DNA of 64,000 nt from Amoebophrya sp. A120. Taxonomy: Eukaryota > Protista > Dinoflagellata. The DNA lies in contig CAJINV010000006.1 of the NCBI GenBank assembly GCA_905178155.1, positions 3,030,860 through 3,094,859 on the forward strand. Reading direction: 5' to 3'. Shown one piece after another: positions 11,278 to 25,100 of the stretch. The notes beneath the pieces were generated by a model. That model saw nothing but the letters and a program-made list of their open reading frames with translations. It made no database searches and was not told the origin of the DNA. Both the position numbers and the translations under genes were made by a program. Numbering within the stretch: the first letter of the stretch is position 1; each line of letters opens with the position of its first letter.

Positions 11278-13057
11278 GTGCGCAAACTCTTTCCCTTCTA
11301 CCACACCTTCGAAATATCCGTCGACCCCGTTTCATCTGGGAAGAAGAAGTTCCTTCCTGTAGTCGAGAACCTGATCGATGAAAACACCTACGACAGCCAG
11401 CGGAACCGCGGCGCCAAGAACGCGAGAATCGTCCGCGTTTTCGAGCGGAACTATTTTACGAAGGCGTTTCTGTGGGATGTGCGGATGGAAGACTTGGCTG
11501 CGTCGTGTACTTCGGCAACAACATCGGGGATGACGATGGACCACGACAGTCGTGTCCGAAATAATGGGTCATCCAGCAGTCGTTCTTCAACAGCCTTTGC
11601 GTTGAGTGCTGCACTGGGCAACGGAACAGGTGGACCTAACACGTCACCAACAACTTCCGGACGTCGGATCACCGCAAACTCTTTGCCGGACCGGGAGCGC
11701 AGACTCAGTGAGTACCCGGAAAACCTCCCCGCGGGTCCCCCTTTATGACGCGCTCAGGTGTTACAATGTCAATCGTTGCAATAGAATATGGAAATCTGTG
11801 ATGCAAGAGTGCATGATATAGCCAACTTTCATAGGATCGCGCAGGACAAGTTCCGGCGCCCCAAACCCCACTGCAATTATCTGGCGAAATTTGTATTTCA
11901 GAAAGTGGAACGCCCTGCGAGTCTGTCATGCTCATCCCGCAAGACAAACCTCAGTTTCTGTGGTAACCGATCTGAGATTGTAACGCCTGAGCGAGTTATA
12001 CCCTTCGCCGGTGTTTTCTCCCGGCCCCATCAAGTTTGATCCACCTCCCAAACGACCGCCGTGTAGTACGAGCTGCAAGAACCCCAGCACCCCCGCAAGA
12101 ACAGATTCCTACAACAAAAAACACCTGGAACACGACCTTGCGGACGACCCGGGGTTTACGAATGGGATTCTTCCCCCTGAGTATTTCGAGGAAGACGAGA
12201 AACAACTGCCGTGTGGGGCTCCCTTTATACCTATTAGGAACAAGGACGGCACGATATTATTGCGACAGACACGACAAAACGTGCATCCGAGCTGCAGCCG
12301 CGAGGAGGAAGAGAACAGCCACCATCAGCAGCCTCGCCCAGCAGAAGATGCGACTTCGGGAGGAGGGGAAGAAGAAGTGCTGCGCTTGGTTGACTGTCGG
12401 GGAAATGACGTAGTTCGCGCCTGGGATGACGATTTCATGCACTTCGAAGACCTGCCTCCCGAGGCACAGGAGCTGGTTCCCATGCCGGAGATTCTTTTTG
12501 CTTCGCTGGGTCGTGGAAATAAGAGAAAGCGACGCAGAAGTGGGGCGTCATCTCCTTCTTCGTCCGAAGAGCGCTCGTTCTCGTCGGATCGCAGTAGCTG
12601 TAGTAGTGGTTCCGAGAGGATGGAGCAGAAGATCAGGAAGAAAAAACACAACTACACAATTGACAAACTTCCGAAGTTTGTGTTGCCAGACCACATGAAG
12701 ATTCGCGAGTTCGGAAAATTGAAGGGCCAGTTTGGGTATGAAATTCGAAAAATCATACGTCGGATGGGTTTCAGGACTGAGAAAACCAAAAGAAAAAGAA
12801 CCTGTAGGTACTTCCTACTCGTCGTGCAGTTTGTCGTGCATCAAGGGGTCGCTCGGCCCGCGCACCTTTGCAGAGCCTGGCGAGGAGCGCCGTTCTTCCA
12901 TCTGGTATATATAATTGTGCACCATAAACAAGCAAAAGCAATGCTGCTCGTGCATGATGCTCGGAGGTGCTCATATGTCGGTGTGAATGAAAAACAGAAG
13001 TTGATAAATCCGGGTCATTCTTGTTTTGCAGACTTGGAAGCAGCAGGCAAGCAATGA
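11278..13057 (+). CDS. Hypothetical protein; 1 introner; both ends uncertain
   Basis: ORFs 11278 and 12011 fuse in frame after removing 11744-12000. Confidence 0.6.
11744..12000. mobile_element. Introner family G (257 bp)
   Basis: TIR tatgacgcgctcaggtgttacaat...attgtaacgcctgagcgagttata; DR ccctt. Confidence 0.92.
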
Positions 13058-14235
13058 GCTTTTTCTTGTCTCAGCATAAAAAGTTATTCAACTTCCAGTT
13101 TTCTGTCCGAGACGAACCTCCCCGCCGTGTTTGTGATGCATATCGACCCAGCACCACCTTCGGCTTCCTCCTCGGCAGCCTCTGCCGGTGGGAACGCGTG
13201 CGGATGGGAGAGGAGATCGGACGTACTGTTTCGTAGTGGTACGAAGCAAAGTAGTTGTAGTACATCGTCAGGGGCGGGTCTCAATTTTCCAAACAACCGG
13301 CCGCGGCGGTGAAGCAGGTTGCGACCTCATCAAAGTCAGGCTTTTTACGATGTCCGATACAAAACATTCTCGGCTCCTGCAAGTGCCTATGTCGTGACAA
13401 GCACCAGTTTACAACGAACAGCACAGGTGCCCGAAGATGCGTCCTGTGATGCGTGAACCCCCCGTGGTGCAATAACTTGTAAACAAATTAAGTGCGATGC
13501 GAGGGCAATCATATGCTCTTTTTATTTTCAGCAGATCAAGAAGTCTCGAAGAGAAGTAGATTGACATACTTGCAGCTGAACAGTAATTATTGGCTCCTTG
13601 TTCATCTTTAGTCCTTACATCCTGTTCCTGATCTTCATGTGGACCTTTGATGGTGGATCACGAAAAAGTGCGGATCATGTAAAAAACGCAGATCTTTACC
13701 GTGACCGTGAGCTTTAGAATCTATCAATGTCATGAAAACAAATGGGATCACCAGCTGGCCGTAACACTGAGAAAAAAATTCGATGTTGCGTTGAAAAGTT
13801 CAAAAACAAAATCTTTTGGCCGACTTGTTCCAGCGAGATCGAGAAACAGAAAAATAGGAATTTCTGTGAAAGATGGAAGATCTAGCCGTGATCAAAGCAC
13901 CAGGCAGGCGGGTTATTTGTACTCTTCCCAGAATGATGAAAAATAAAGATTATGGACGCATTCGCATCAACGCATCCAGAAGTCAAAACCTGATGTGATC
14001 GCTCCTTCATGATGACTCACACCCTCGAGGACCTGCCACAGGTACAGCTGAACTAGAAAGAGTGAAGTTTATTTCCCTGAGTCTAGGTGTAGGTGTTCTC
14101 TATCTCTAAGTAGCTTATTGTGCCAGTCGCCAGTTTCCAACTCGATAGGTTCAGTTTCAGGTTGACTTCCCGATGAGGACTGGCGGTGTTTCATGAAAAA
14201 CACAGGAGAAGGTTTACGAAATTAAAAACCCAGCC

Positions 14236-16008
14236 ATGACGGGAGCATCTTCGCGAAGACCTCCGCAGGACAAAAATCGTCCCTCCGCGAGAGTAGGAGC
14301 TGCTTCACGATTGACCACCCTGCTGATAGGTGGCAACAAGTCCGCTAGTACCGCCCTCGACAACAAAAGCAAGACGACCCAGAAACGAGGAACGAAAGCA
14401 AAAACAGTTCCTCCCAGCACGAGAAATAATAAAGCCGCTAGTGTAACCTTCGTCGCTCCGGGGGACCTAATTTGCCGGAGTACCGAAAATACGTCTTTGT
14501 TGAAGGGAATCGGGATAACCGAGCAAGTAGCGACAGGACTTGCTGGAGAAACTACAACGTCCGCCTCGAAGAATAAAACAGAGCTCCGGGCGGCCGCTTG
14601 CGGGAAGCTGAAACAGGTTTCGCAATTGATTTTCGTTGAAACGGACCGGCATTTTGCGCTCACAGTGGGCGATGTTGTCGTGGGAAGGATCGTTTCGGTG
14701 CTGAACGGGAAATGGGCTGTGGACGTATAACTTTTTTTCAGTGCTTGATTTGTCATGGGGTTTTGGCAATAGGAGCGTGTGAGCGTCCACCTGGAAGTGG
14801 TCTGCTGAGACTGTTTCTTGCTCTCGAAAATTTAGTATCATGTTCACATGGAATTCGCACGAAAGGATATACAACTTTGACTAGGAAAGCAAATCATAAA
14901 GACCAAGGTGAAAGGACGAAAAAGCAACAAGTTGTATATTATACTTCCATTAGAAACTTCTACAACCACACCTCCAACAGGTCGGGCAGCCGCGTTTGGC
15001 CACCCTTCCGCTGGCGGCCATTCACCTGCCGAACAACGAGCAACGGCGGCGGACGGCGGAAGATTTATTGAACATCCGGGATTTTTTCAAGGAAAACGAC
15101 CTCATCGTCGCGGAAGTGCAGCGGATTCTGCAGCCGGATTCCAGTTATGCAATGCAAAAGTAACGTACTAGTAAAAATTGCATTACAAATTGACTCAGCA
15201 TTACAAATTAAATTTGTAATGCGGATTTGCATTAGCAAAAAGATTTGTAATGCATAAACGCAATTAGTACGAGTACGATACTTTTGCACAGGATTCCAGT
15301 TCCACCGCGGGAAGCCAGCAGGAGCAGATCTTTTTGCAAACCCGGTCCGCGAAGTATGGGCTGCTTCGGAACGGCATCGCGGTGGACCTTTTGGGCCGGA
15401 ACTTTTCCAACACCGGTTGTTCATCGTCCTCAACTACTTCATCGCAACTATCGCGGAAAAACCCGAATCTTCTCTACGGCAGCGACATCTTGGGCAAAAG
15501 CCGCATTGTGAACGTCAGGTGTAAGGTTCGGAATTCATCTTGTGACGAACTCGTGTTAAGGAGCACAGCATCAAGTTGTGGCGCAGTAGAGAAGAACCAC
15601 ACACCAAGAACCGAAACATCAACGACCGCCAGTCTGCAGCTGATCTTTGGCGCAAATGGAGTGGTTTTTGTCGGCGCCAGCCCGTGGCACGGAGTACAAC
15701 AACGTGGGGAAGCAGGCGGAGACGACTCATTGCATTTGGCGATTGACACACTGAATTTTTCCTCGCACGCACGTAACGCAGACACAACTGATGCTGCTGC
15801 AGCTGGTGGAGTGACAAGTAAACACAGGACTGCTCTGTCCAGGACTTGTCTACAAGCGATCGCGCTGTACCGAAAGGCGCTGGAGGAGATTTCCACTCAG
15901 GCCTCTTCCAGCAGTTGTGCAAATGGACGAAATGTAGGGATGGAGGGTGAGAAAATCTCTTTGAAGAGACTGGAAGAAAGAGTGGAAGAAATTCAGCGAC
16001 AGGGATGA
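14236..16008 (+). CDS. RRP4: Exosome complex component Rrp4 (EXOSC2)
   Basis: VAPGDLI, VGDVVVGRI..KWAVDV, LPNNEQRRRTAEDLLNIRDFFKENDLIVAEVQ, LQTRSAKYGLL, IFGANGVVFV match Rrp4 S1/KH motifs; GT-AG intron 14725-14980 and introner 15146-15295. Confidence 0.92.
15146..15295. mobile_element. Introner family A (150 bp), ends ATT
   Basis: A-type TIRs; DR ccagt. Confidence 0.92.
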
Positions 16009-19000
16009 GTTTATTTAGACTTGATGTGGGCTTGCCGACGGGATGTTCAACATGCTTTTTTTGGCGAGCGTGATCGCTTCATCATGATAGATAAGAACGT
16101 ACAACATTTATTGTGATACAAATCAGCATCTGAGACAACCCAACACAACGTCCCTCCTGCAAAGATACGGCCTCCACACGACAACTGCAAGCACATTTCT
16201 TGATGAGTACTCTGCATGTATATCCATGTGATGCGGACTTGCGCTTGGAGGACTCACCTCTATAAAGCGATGATGGAGCTACGACGAAAGCAATCAGCTA
16301 TAAATGGAGAAATTAGAGAAGGTGAGGGACCACGCGCGTCAGCGCGGAAATAGATAATCCCATCATGGCACGGCACTTTCCAGGTTAACCACACTGGTCA
16401 GCCTCCACCATTGTGTTCCGCATCAATAGGTCCACGTGCAGTTTTTACACGTCAAATTTGTGATGTTTGTTGTGGACGACCACAAACACAAGTAGCAATG
16501 TCACGCGAGTTTCTTTTGATTCTTTTGTGTGGAGGACCAGTGGTCGACTTTATCCTTGATGATGTTCACAATCACGCGTCGCATACCAAGCCGCGTTATT
16601 CTTGTTCTCTGGGATTTGCAGAGGCTAAGATCCGGATGGTTCCCAGGGGAAAAAAGTTTTTGTTTTGTTCATGCAGCGTTTTCACCAAGTCTCACTTTCA
16701 ACTTCGAGTACAACTTAACACTAATTGAGATCTCAACGAAATGGTCGTTGAGTCTGGACCTACCTGTTTTCTTGCCAATTCCACAACTACTGATGTCCGC
16801 GGCAAGAATTATGTAAAACCTGTATGTAACGTGGTAGAATATGAAACGCATCAAGCTATGGTGAAGTTGACGTGCGGAGTTGGTCCCATTGTGGAATAAA
16901 GCACAAACATACAGAAAAACGATCAATTTTGATGCCTTGTTTCCACCCCAAAACTACCCAGGGCGACTATCTAATTTAGAGACGATAGGGAACTGTACGG
17001 TAATCTATTCTCTACCGGACGAGGACTTACTTAGTTTGGGCTTTTATTTTAGCTTTCTTTATGTCTAGAGTTTCAAGTCTGGTTGAACAAATTACGGAAT
17101 TCCCTGGTGTCTTGAATAGATTAGTGTCCTGTAGTTTATTCCTCCAGCAGTGGTTAGAAAGTTGCTTTCGTTGATGCTCTCTAGGATTAATTCAAGATTG
17201 TTCCCTGCAGATTGTGTTGTACTTGCCGCAACATCTTTATCTACGAGAAAGCTGGAGTTTTGCAGTTTTCGACCCGATAGGCCGTGCTTCTTTTCGACAA
17301 AGTGTTTGTTGTTCTGCTGGTACGATGATTCTTGCAGATATAAAGATTCTTGCAGTTGTACATGGTTTTTTTTTCCAACCACGGATACCTAGTCGAGCTG
17401 CGCAAGCTCGATTTGTTGCACAAGTTAGTATCTGATGCTGAAGCATATAATTAATCGGTATAAAAATGATTCTTGCACTGGCCGGAGCCCGGCTAACACG
17501 ATTGATTTCGCGTGCCGAGATAGTAGAAATACTATACAGTTTTTCATTTATAAATATTACGAATTTGATTATAAATACGACAGCAATAGTACAAGAAATA
17601 GAAATACCGAGTGGAGTAGACGAGGGCGAGGCCGATATGGGCCCAAGGCGAGAATACGACGAGGCGAGAAAACAAATATCCACGAGATTTTTCGTATTTT
17701 GTTTTACTTAGAAGTACGTGCCTAGTGTGCGGTACAGAAGATATGAATTCCATATGTTCTGAGCACGTACAACGGTAGCGAATATTTAGAGCAAGAAAAA
17801 CGAAAAGAGCTTGCAGACCACTGTAATTAAGGCAAAATATAAAAATTATCGGCGATTGAAACGAAAAAAAAACTTTTCAACAAGCTTGGTGATTGAATCA
17901 AACTTTAGGTTCCAGTACAGAAGGTGTAGTACTACTGCGTAGCGGCCGAATTATACTTGGCTGCCCTTGCGGGACCACCAACAGCTTCACAGAGCGAGTT
18001 TGTATTGTAGTCACATGACTGCATATTTGATATCCAACAGTGGGTGAAGGTGAAGCTCAACGAATCTTCACAGGAACAACCAGAACGTCGACCAGAACAA
18101 CCGCGAGCTGCCACGAGGAGAACTCAGTGCAATTTTTGCAAGGTTTAAGCGTGCGTAAGTAACGCTTTGCTTATTTCTACCACCGAAGTGAAGGCGGTCT
18201 TCGCGCGGTTGGAATAAATTAATAGTAGATAATTCGAGAGCTGCTGTGCCGGTGCACGACGACCGGGTGCAGCTGTTTCCGGATCACTTCTAGACGACCT
18301 CCAGCACGACCACTACACCGTTATTTTTAGATGATACCATCCATGAGGAGTGCAGTGTTGCGGAGCGAAACACCAGAAGCTGTTGAAGCATCTAGAGGGT
18401 AAAAGAAGTGAATAAGCACCAAGTTCGGTTGGCGGCCCCTGTGCCGCTCGAACCTGTTTCCAGAACTCCTCGGTTTACGGTGTGTGAACATCAATAATCG
18501 GAGGAACTTCATCGACCTGCACGCCGATTCATCTTCCTTGTTCGCCCGCGGTACAGAAGAAACAAGAGGGCGGAACTACAACAAGTGGATCCTTTTATTA
18601 GGCGGCGGTACTGCGGCTGCGCTTCCTTGCTACTGACGGCGGTTGTTTTGGACTTCTTCTATTTGAAACTACTACTTCTTTCTGTAGGGGCGTAGAGGTT
18701 GTACTACAACTACTATCACCTTCATGCCGATGAAGAACTACATGTCAACACCTTCTGCGTGTAAAAACCGCTGTGGAATATTGAGAGCATAAGATTTTCT
18801 TGGAATCGAGGAGCAGCCGACATCATGACAGCATTACGACAAGAACCAAGTGAAGACTAGGAGTATATTCTACGTCATTTTCTACTTTTTTTCGCGTTGG
18901 GAGAAGCAGAAGAACGAGCACTAGTTTTCGTTTTTCCTCCGCGAGAACCAAAAGGAGCCATTTCTGCTGCTCTTACTTTATTTGCGGACAAGTTTTGGCG

Positions 19001-19102
19001 GGAAATAGCCCGGCTGCACTCCAGAAGAACTTTGGACGCTGTCACAAGTGCTGTCATAGGCAGTAGAGCAGGCGCAGAAAGAGAAACACCAGTACGCTCA
19101 AG

Positions 19103-22100
19103 ATGCGTCGTGGAGCGGGAGGCCATCAGATGCGGGGTAGTACGAGCACTACTTCTAACCATACCTCGAACACAGCAGGGACAACGCCATCTCCCGGGAA
19201 AATGAACGCGGCCGCGGGCCAGCCGACCCAGCACCACCCGCAGCTCCTCAACGAGCAGTACAACATCATGACCCAACAGCACTCTCCTGCACAACAGGCA
19301 GAATTTGCGTCCGCGTTGCGGGCGGGGGCAGCAGGCAACATGCAGCCGCAACACTCGCCGGACATGGAGCACGGCGAGGTGGTGGAGTTGCGCCGGCGCT
19401 GCGAACAGGTGCTCGCCCAACTGCGGGAACAGGAAGAAAAATTGGGTCCGAGTTCTGCGACGAGTGCAAATTTTAGTACTTCTGCCACCGAAGGTGTTGG
19501 TGTTAATATCAAAAATCCGGATCGCCAGCAGCTGGACGAAAGCACAGTCGCCTCCGGCATCATGCAGGGGCTGCTGGCAGCGGGGCATACTATGCAGCAA
19601 CCGCAATACAACATGAACAATGGCGGCGGAGGGCCACGGAAGAATCACTTCGGTCAGATGAATCATGATGGTCGACCTGGTATTCTGCCCCCGGGTATGT
19701 CTGGAATGCACCGCAACAACGGGCAACTCATGACACGTGGCGGGGAAGGAGCATATAATGGCGCCTCTTCCGATGGCAGGGCGTCGACCATGATGAACAC
19801 CTCCAGCTACGAAACGTCCGATCGGCGCATCCAGGAAGTCTTGACCACGCACCGGGAAAATAAAGAGCGGGGGTTTTACGAATCAAGTACAACTTCTAGT
19901 GCAGGTTTTTACAACAATGAAGAGCAATATCATCTTCAGTACAGCGAGCGAGCCGCTGCTGGTGCTGCACCTGGAGCAGTAGTGCGACCGTCTTCCTCCT
20001 CCACTCCACCCCCGGCCTTGGAACAAACGCAGTCCGAGTACCATTATCCGCGGGACAGAAGCCGTGTTCCACGGCAAGCTGGTGCGCATGATCATGCTGA
20101 GATTTACGAGCAGTACAACCCTGGTGGAGCACCAGCTCCTGCAGCAGGAGGAATTATACCTCCAGGAGGCACGATGCACCGTGCCCTGACCGACCTTGGC
20201 ACGACGCCTACGGGAGGTGGGCGTGCTCGACTCGAGGACCTACGAATGCTATCAGCGCAGCTATCCCAGCAACAACGGCGCGTATCCAAAACAGAATTGA
20301 CTACTGCTTCACGACCGTGATGAACTTCCATTTGATGTGTACTTGCAGAAGATGAACATGCACGGAAGCTGAAGGGGTCTTTTGTGTTTTTATTCCGGTT
20401 CATGATTTTCATTGTCTTTTTCATGAAATGTGTTGCAAGAAGGCCGAAACGTTCATGTTCGTGTATGTAAAAATGCGCTTTGTGCAAAGGCGTCACAGCC
20501 GTGGAACAGTTTTTTTCTATGGATAGGGCCAAAACTACGTTTCCCCCACAACCAATGGACAACCCCAGCAAGAGAAGTACTACCACGCAAGCGGGTCGTA
20601 CGATCGCGGCCACAACGGGCACCACACGTCGCAGCACAACATCCGCGACCGTAGCTCTGCTTCTGCTGCTTCCGACAGGATCAGCAAGTATGGGGCCGCG
20701 CGGCCGGGTTCATCCCAGGTAGATCAGCATTACGATAACGGTCCGCCCCCGGGAATTGACCCGTACATGTCCTCCTCTACCAGCCAGCGCGTCGCCATGT
20801 CTACCGGTACTACTAGGCAACATCAACATTATTCCGTGCCCACCTCTGCTCCGCCACATTTGGCAAGTCCTGCGACGCCAGTACTGGCAGGAGGTTCTCA
20901 ACAAAATACAACTTCCGGACGAGGAGAGGCGGATCATACAGGAGGTGTCGCCCACGACCACTCGCGTGTGATAGCAGGCTCTATTCCTGCGAGACCCACT
21001 GGAGCTGCCCCGCCCCCGCGAGGCAGTGCTTACAGCACCCAGACCGAACAGCCGCCCTCTCAGCCAACCTCGTTGCACCACGCGAGTACCGCGACACCCA
21101 ACACGAGCGCCCGTTCGGGTTCCATGACGGTGTCGAGTTACCGTGGGTTTGACCCACTTTCCCCGAACGGGGGTTCGAACCCCGCCTATACGGCCACCAC
21201 GGTCGGGGTCCCGGTGCTAGGCGGGGATCAGCAAGTAGGGCTTTCTCGTCGCGAGGCGGAGCAGACGGAACGACGGGATCATGATCTGGATCATCGTGGG
21301 CTGCGCGGCGACTACACTGGGAACAATTACAGGACTTCGAATACTACAGGAGCAGCCGCGTTGTATCACGGCAACAACGAAGATTTTTACAAAGCGGAAA
21401 TAAAGCTGCAAGAACGAGAATATGACCCGTCCGCCGGAAGGCGGCCCCCGGGAATAAACGGCTATCGAAACCACGACGTTGATATCAATGGGAAAACTAG
21501 CGTCGACCGAGACCACTACAAACTCGTCCAGCAGTTGCATCAAACTTTTTCAGCAGGCACTTCTGCCTACCAGGACCATCCAGAGCGAGGACGAGACGAG
21601 GACAACTTTTTGCGCCAAACGGGAATTACAACGACGTCGAGGGAAATAAAGAACACCCGCGGAGGACACCACGACCGCCCCTTGTCGCACACCGACTACG
21701 CGAGCAGAGGTCAGGACGACGTATCCTGTGCAAAAACATCCCTACCCCAGAGTTGTCATGCAGATCTGCAAGCACAGGAGCATTTGTAATGCGCATCCCC
21801 ATGGGAGGCATTTCCCATCGTGTTTTGGAACTTGTAATGCTGTGAACAGGATATTGAGGAGATGGATTTGTTATGGGGCTTCCCTTTTTAAACTGAATTA
21901 CACTACAGCCTGCAAGAACTTGTCATGCGTGGCTCCCAAAACTTTAAGGTTTGTGTTGCAAAATCCCCATCTTGACTCTGGGGTGGGGACGTTTTTACAA
22001 ATGATACGACGAGGAGCTTGCTTACTTCGAGCGGCAGCAGGACTTCGTCGGCCAGGTGTATAGAAATAACACAAACCGCAATGGAGGCCATGCAGCTGAA

Positions 22101-25100
22101 GATGCAACGATGATGGAGGTGCCGGGCGGCGGCAACAGAAACACCAACTCGCTCAATGAATCACGTCGTGGTCCTCGGGACCGCCAAGCAGAAGTAGATT
22201 TTTACCCGCCAGAAAGGACGTCGAGGGCCGGCGCGCCGTTGGTGCAGCAGATGGACATCGCACATCGTGGGTCCACTACCTCGCTTGTTCCTGTCAATCA
22301 GCGCAGCCAAAATAGTAATCAACACGCGCCGTTGTTCAAAGGCGCAGGGACGAGGTATGAGAGTGCACAACACCCCGTTCCCTCTATTTGGAGAGATTTT
22401 ACGGCATGAGAAACACCAGCGAGCAACGAGACGGTGCATAACAAGTTCCTGGGCCATATGTAGGACTTATTGCAACTTCGAAGTTTTTCATGCGAGCAGT
22501 GCAGCCACGAGGTAGCGCAGCGTAGGAATGGTATATATAGGATTTTGCATGACATCAAGTGATGAGGGGAAGGGGGAGTTCTTGTGCACTCTCATACGAG
22601 GGGGCAGAATGACTACGGCGGAATAAGAACAGGCAAATCTTCGTTACATCACGACCCCGCTGCTGAGCATCATCGTGCAGTAGATGAAGGTCAGTTTGAC
22701 TTTTTCCACTCTTTAACTGCGGGCTCTGCACCAGCTGGAGGGAATAACAAGAAGCTCCTGCACCAAAAGAACGGCTCCAAGTTGAAGGGAGGCGGTTCAG
22801 TACATGGCGGCCAGCGTGGTCAGCACTCTTCTTCGCAGAAGGGCGTGGGAAAACCGTCGCAGATGAACTATTCCTACGAACAGCAGGGTAGTATCAACAT
22901 GAATAAAAGCAAAAATAAAGGACCACAAGTTCATCTGCACCACCAGAAAACGAACAATTACAACACCTCTGGCAACAACAACAAAACCGTTTCCCGGTCC
23001 ACCAAACAAGCGGAAAAAGCGCTCTCGTCCTACATTGTGTCTTCTGCCGCAGCGGAAAGAAAGCAAGCCATTCCGATTGGGAAACAGAAACAGTTTCCGG
23101 TAATTCTCGCCGACAACTGCGATTTGTGCCTCGTAATGCACCACATCACCGACATGAAGCTGCTGCCCGACGAAATTTCGGAGATTGCGAAGGCTTTGGA
23201 GCTGAGCAAAATCGGGGTCATGAAGTTCAACGACATTGTATCCGCAGTGGAATTTGTCAAGCGGGTGGAGAATGTCTCGAAAAAAATTTTCGGGCAGTTT
23301 CTACCCTTGTGTGACGGGATAGGAGGCGGCGGGGGAAATTATACGACGCAGGGGTCGTACCCGTACCAGAAAAATACAACTGCTGCTCAGGACTCTCACT
23401 CTGCTACAGTTCCATCTTCTTTCGCGACGAATAGTGAAGATCAAAGTGGTGCTCAACCTGTCGGAAACACGACATCGAATGACACACAAGCAGAACGGGC
23501 AAGTACTCGGCAGCAAAATCTCCCGCCGTTTTTGCAAAACTGGATTGATACTAACTTTTCCATCACCGGCCTGCCTTCCATGCCTACTTCGTCCAACGAG
23601 GACTTTGCTTCTGGAACTACCGGCACGACAGCAGCACATCTCTCTGCGCAGAAAAACGAACTGCTATTCGAGCTTTGGCGACGGATTGTGAAAGAGGAAT
23701 TAATTCAGGCAGAGTGTCTGTACGAGAATTTTTCCCTGGACGCGCTCGGCGAGTTGAATTGTTTGGAGGGAAGTTCTTCAAATACTGCCGGCGGGAAGAG
23801 GAATCAACACTCTGCTTCTTATCATCGGGAAGATAACGACAGTGACGGCGGGAGGCAGGCCAATGTGTCCAGCAAGTCCGGCATTAAGGGGGATCATCAT
23901 GTAGTGGGAGGCAATGAAGAAGAAGAACCAAGTTCATTTCAACACGGCATCAACAACGAAGGAAAAAAAGCCCCGAATACGGACTATGTTCCTCCTGCAG
24001 AGAACGCGGATTCCCTGTGGGCAAAGCGTGATGACCACGTGCAGCTCACGGACAGTGCGAGTTTTAACATTTGCCGCGACGACCAAGAGGATCATGGCAA
24101 CTACCTCGGTACTATGAACAATGCAGAGGAGCGCCAAGAAGTAAAGGAAAACGGAGAAGAACTTCTACCCTGGGCAGCTGCTGCTTTACTCCCGGGCACG
24201 ACCGCAGCGACTGCTGAGGTTGTGACGCTGGATAGAAGTTCTTGTCACTACGGACACGGTGCGGCTGGTAGTTCATTCGAAGAGGAGAGCAGGGATTCAA
24301 ACAAGATTGATTTCCCAGATTATGATCAAGATCACGACCACGCCGACGACGACAATCTGTGGGGTAAGCGTGCGGATTCGAAATCTAGCATTCACGATGG
24401 ACACCTTCATGCTAGTGCGACGATGAGAAACAGTAGGAACAACAGCAGTCATCTCGAGTCGCCCACTCTGCCCCTGGTGTTATCTTCTCCGCCTGGAAGA
24501 ACAAGTGAACTCAACCGCCGGCCAGACCCCCCTACCACAGCCCCACCGCCGTACAGCTCGATCCTATCGCAGCAAGACATTCCGTCGCCCATGACCAGCC
24601 CGGCGATAGCGCTACGGCGGCCGAGTGCAGAAACGCCGGTCGACCGTGTAGAGGATGATGATGCTGATGCCGGTGGTTCAGGTTCTTCTCCCATAGTTGC
24701 TACTGGTGAAATAGCAGAACATGATGGAAAGAATGACAACAGCGCGGCAGTTGTACCAGAAGGTGGCCTTGGCACCGACGAAGAATACCTTAGTGCGATG
24801 AAGGAGATGAACAGCACCAGTCTGAAAGACCAAATCATTTCCTCCGCGAGAGAGCTTCTACCCAGCGCTACGTCGAACACAGCAAATAAATCGCAAAACG
24901 CCACAACGATGGGGCCCAACATCACGCAGAAAAAACCAAACTTCCGGATGTGCGGTATTTTCGTGCGCGATGCGCACGTGGGGCACAAGCAAGGGAACGC
25001 TTTTTTTGTCATTTACCCGGAACCCATCATCGACCCAATGCTGCTTGACATGGAGGAGGAGACGGCGCTGAACAAGCACGACAGAGTTCTGCAACAAGAC

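Noticed and set aside
16400-18520. Short ORFs on both strands as genes
   Set aside because: No coherent exon chain, no homology recognised, AT-richer than real exons.
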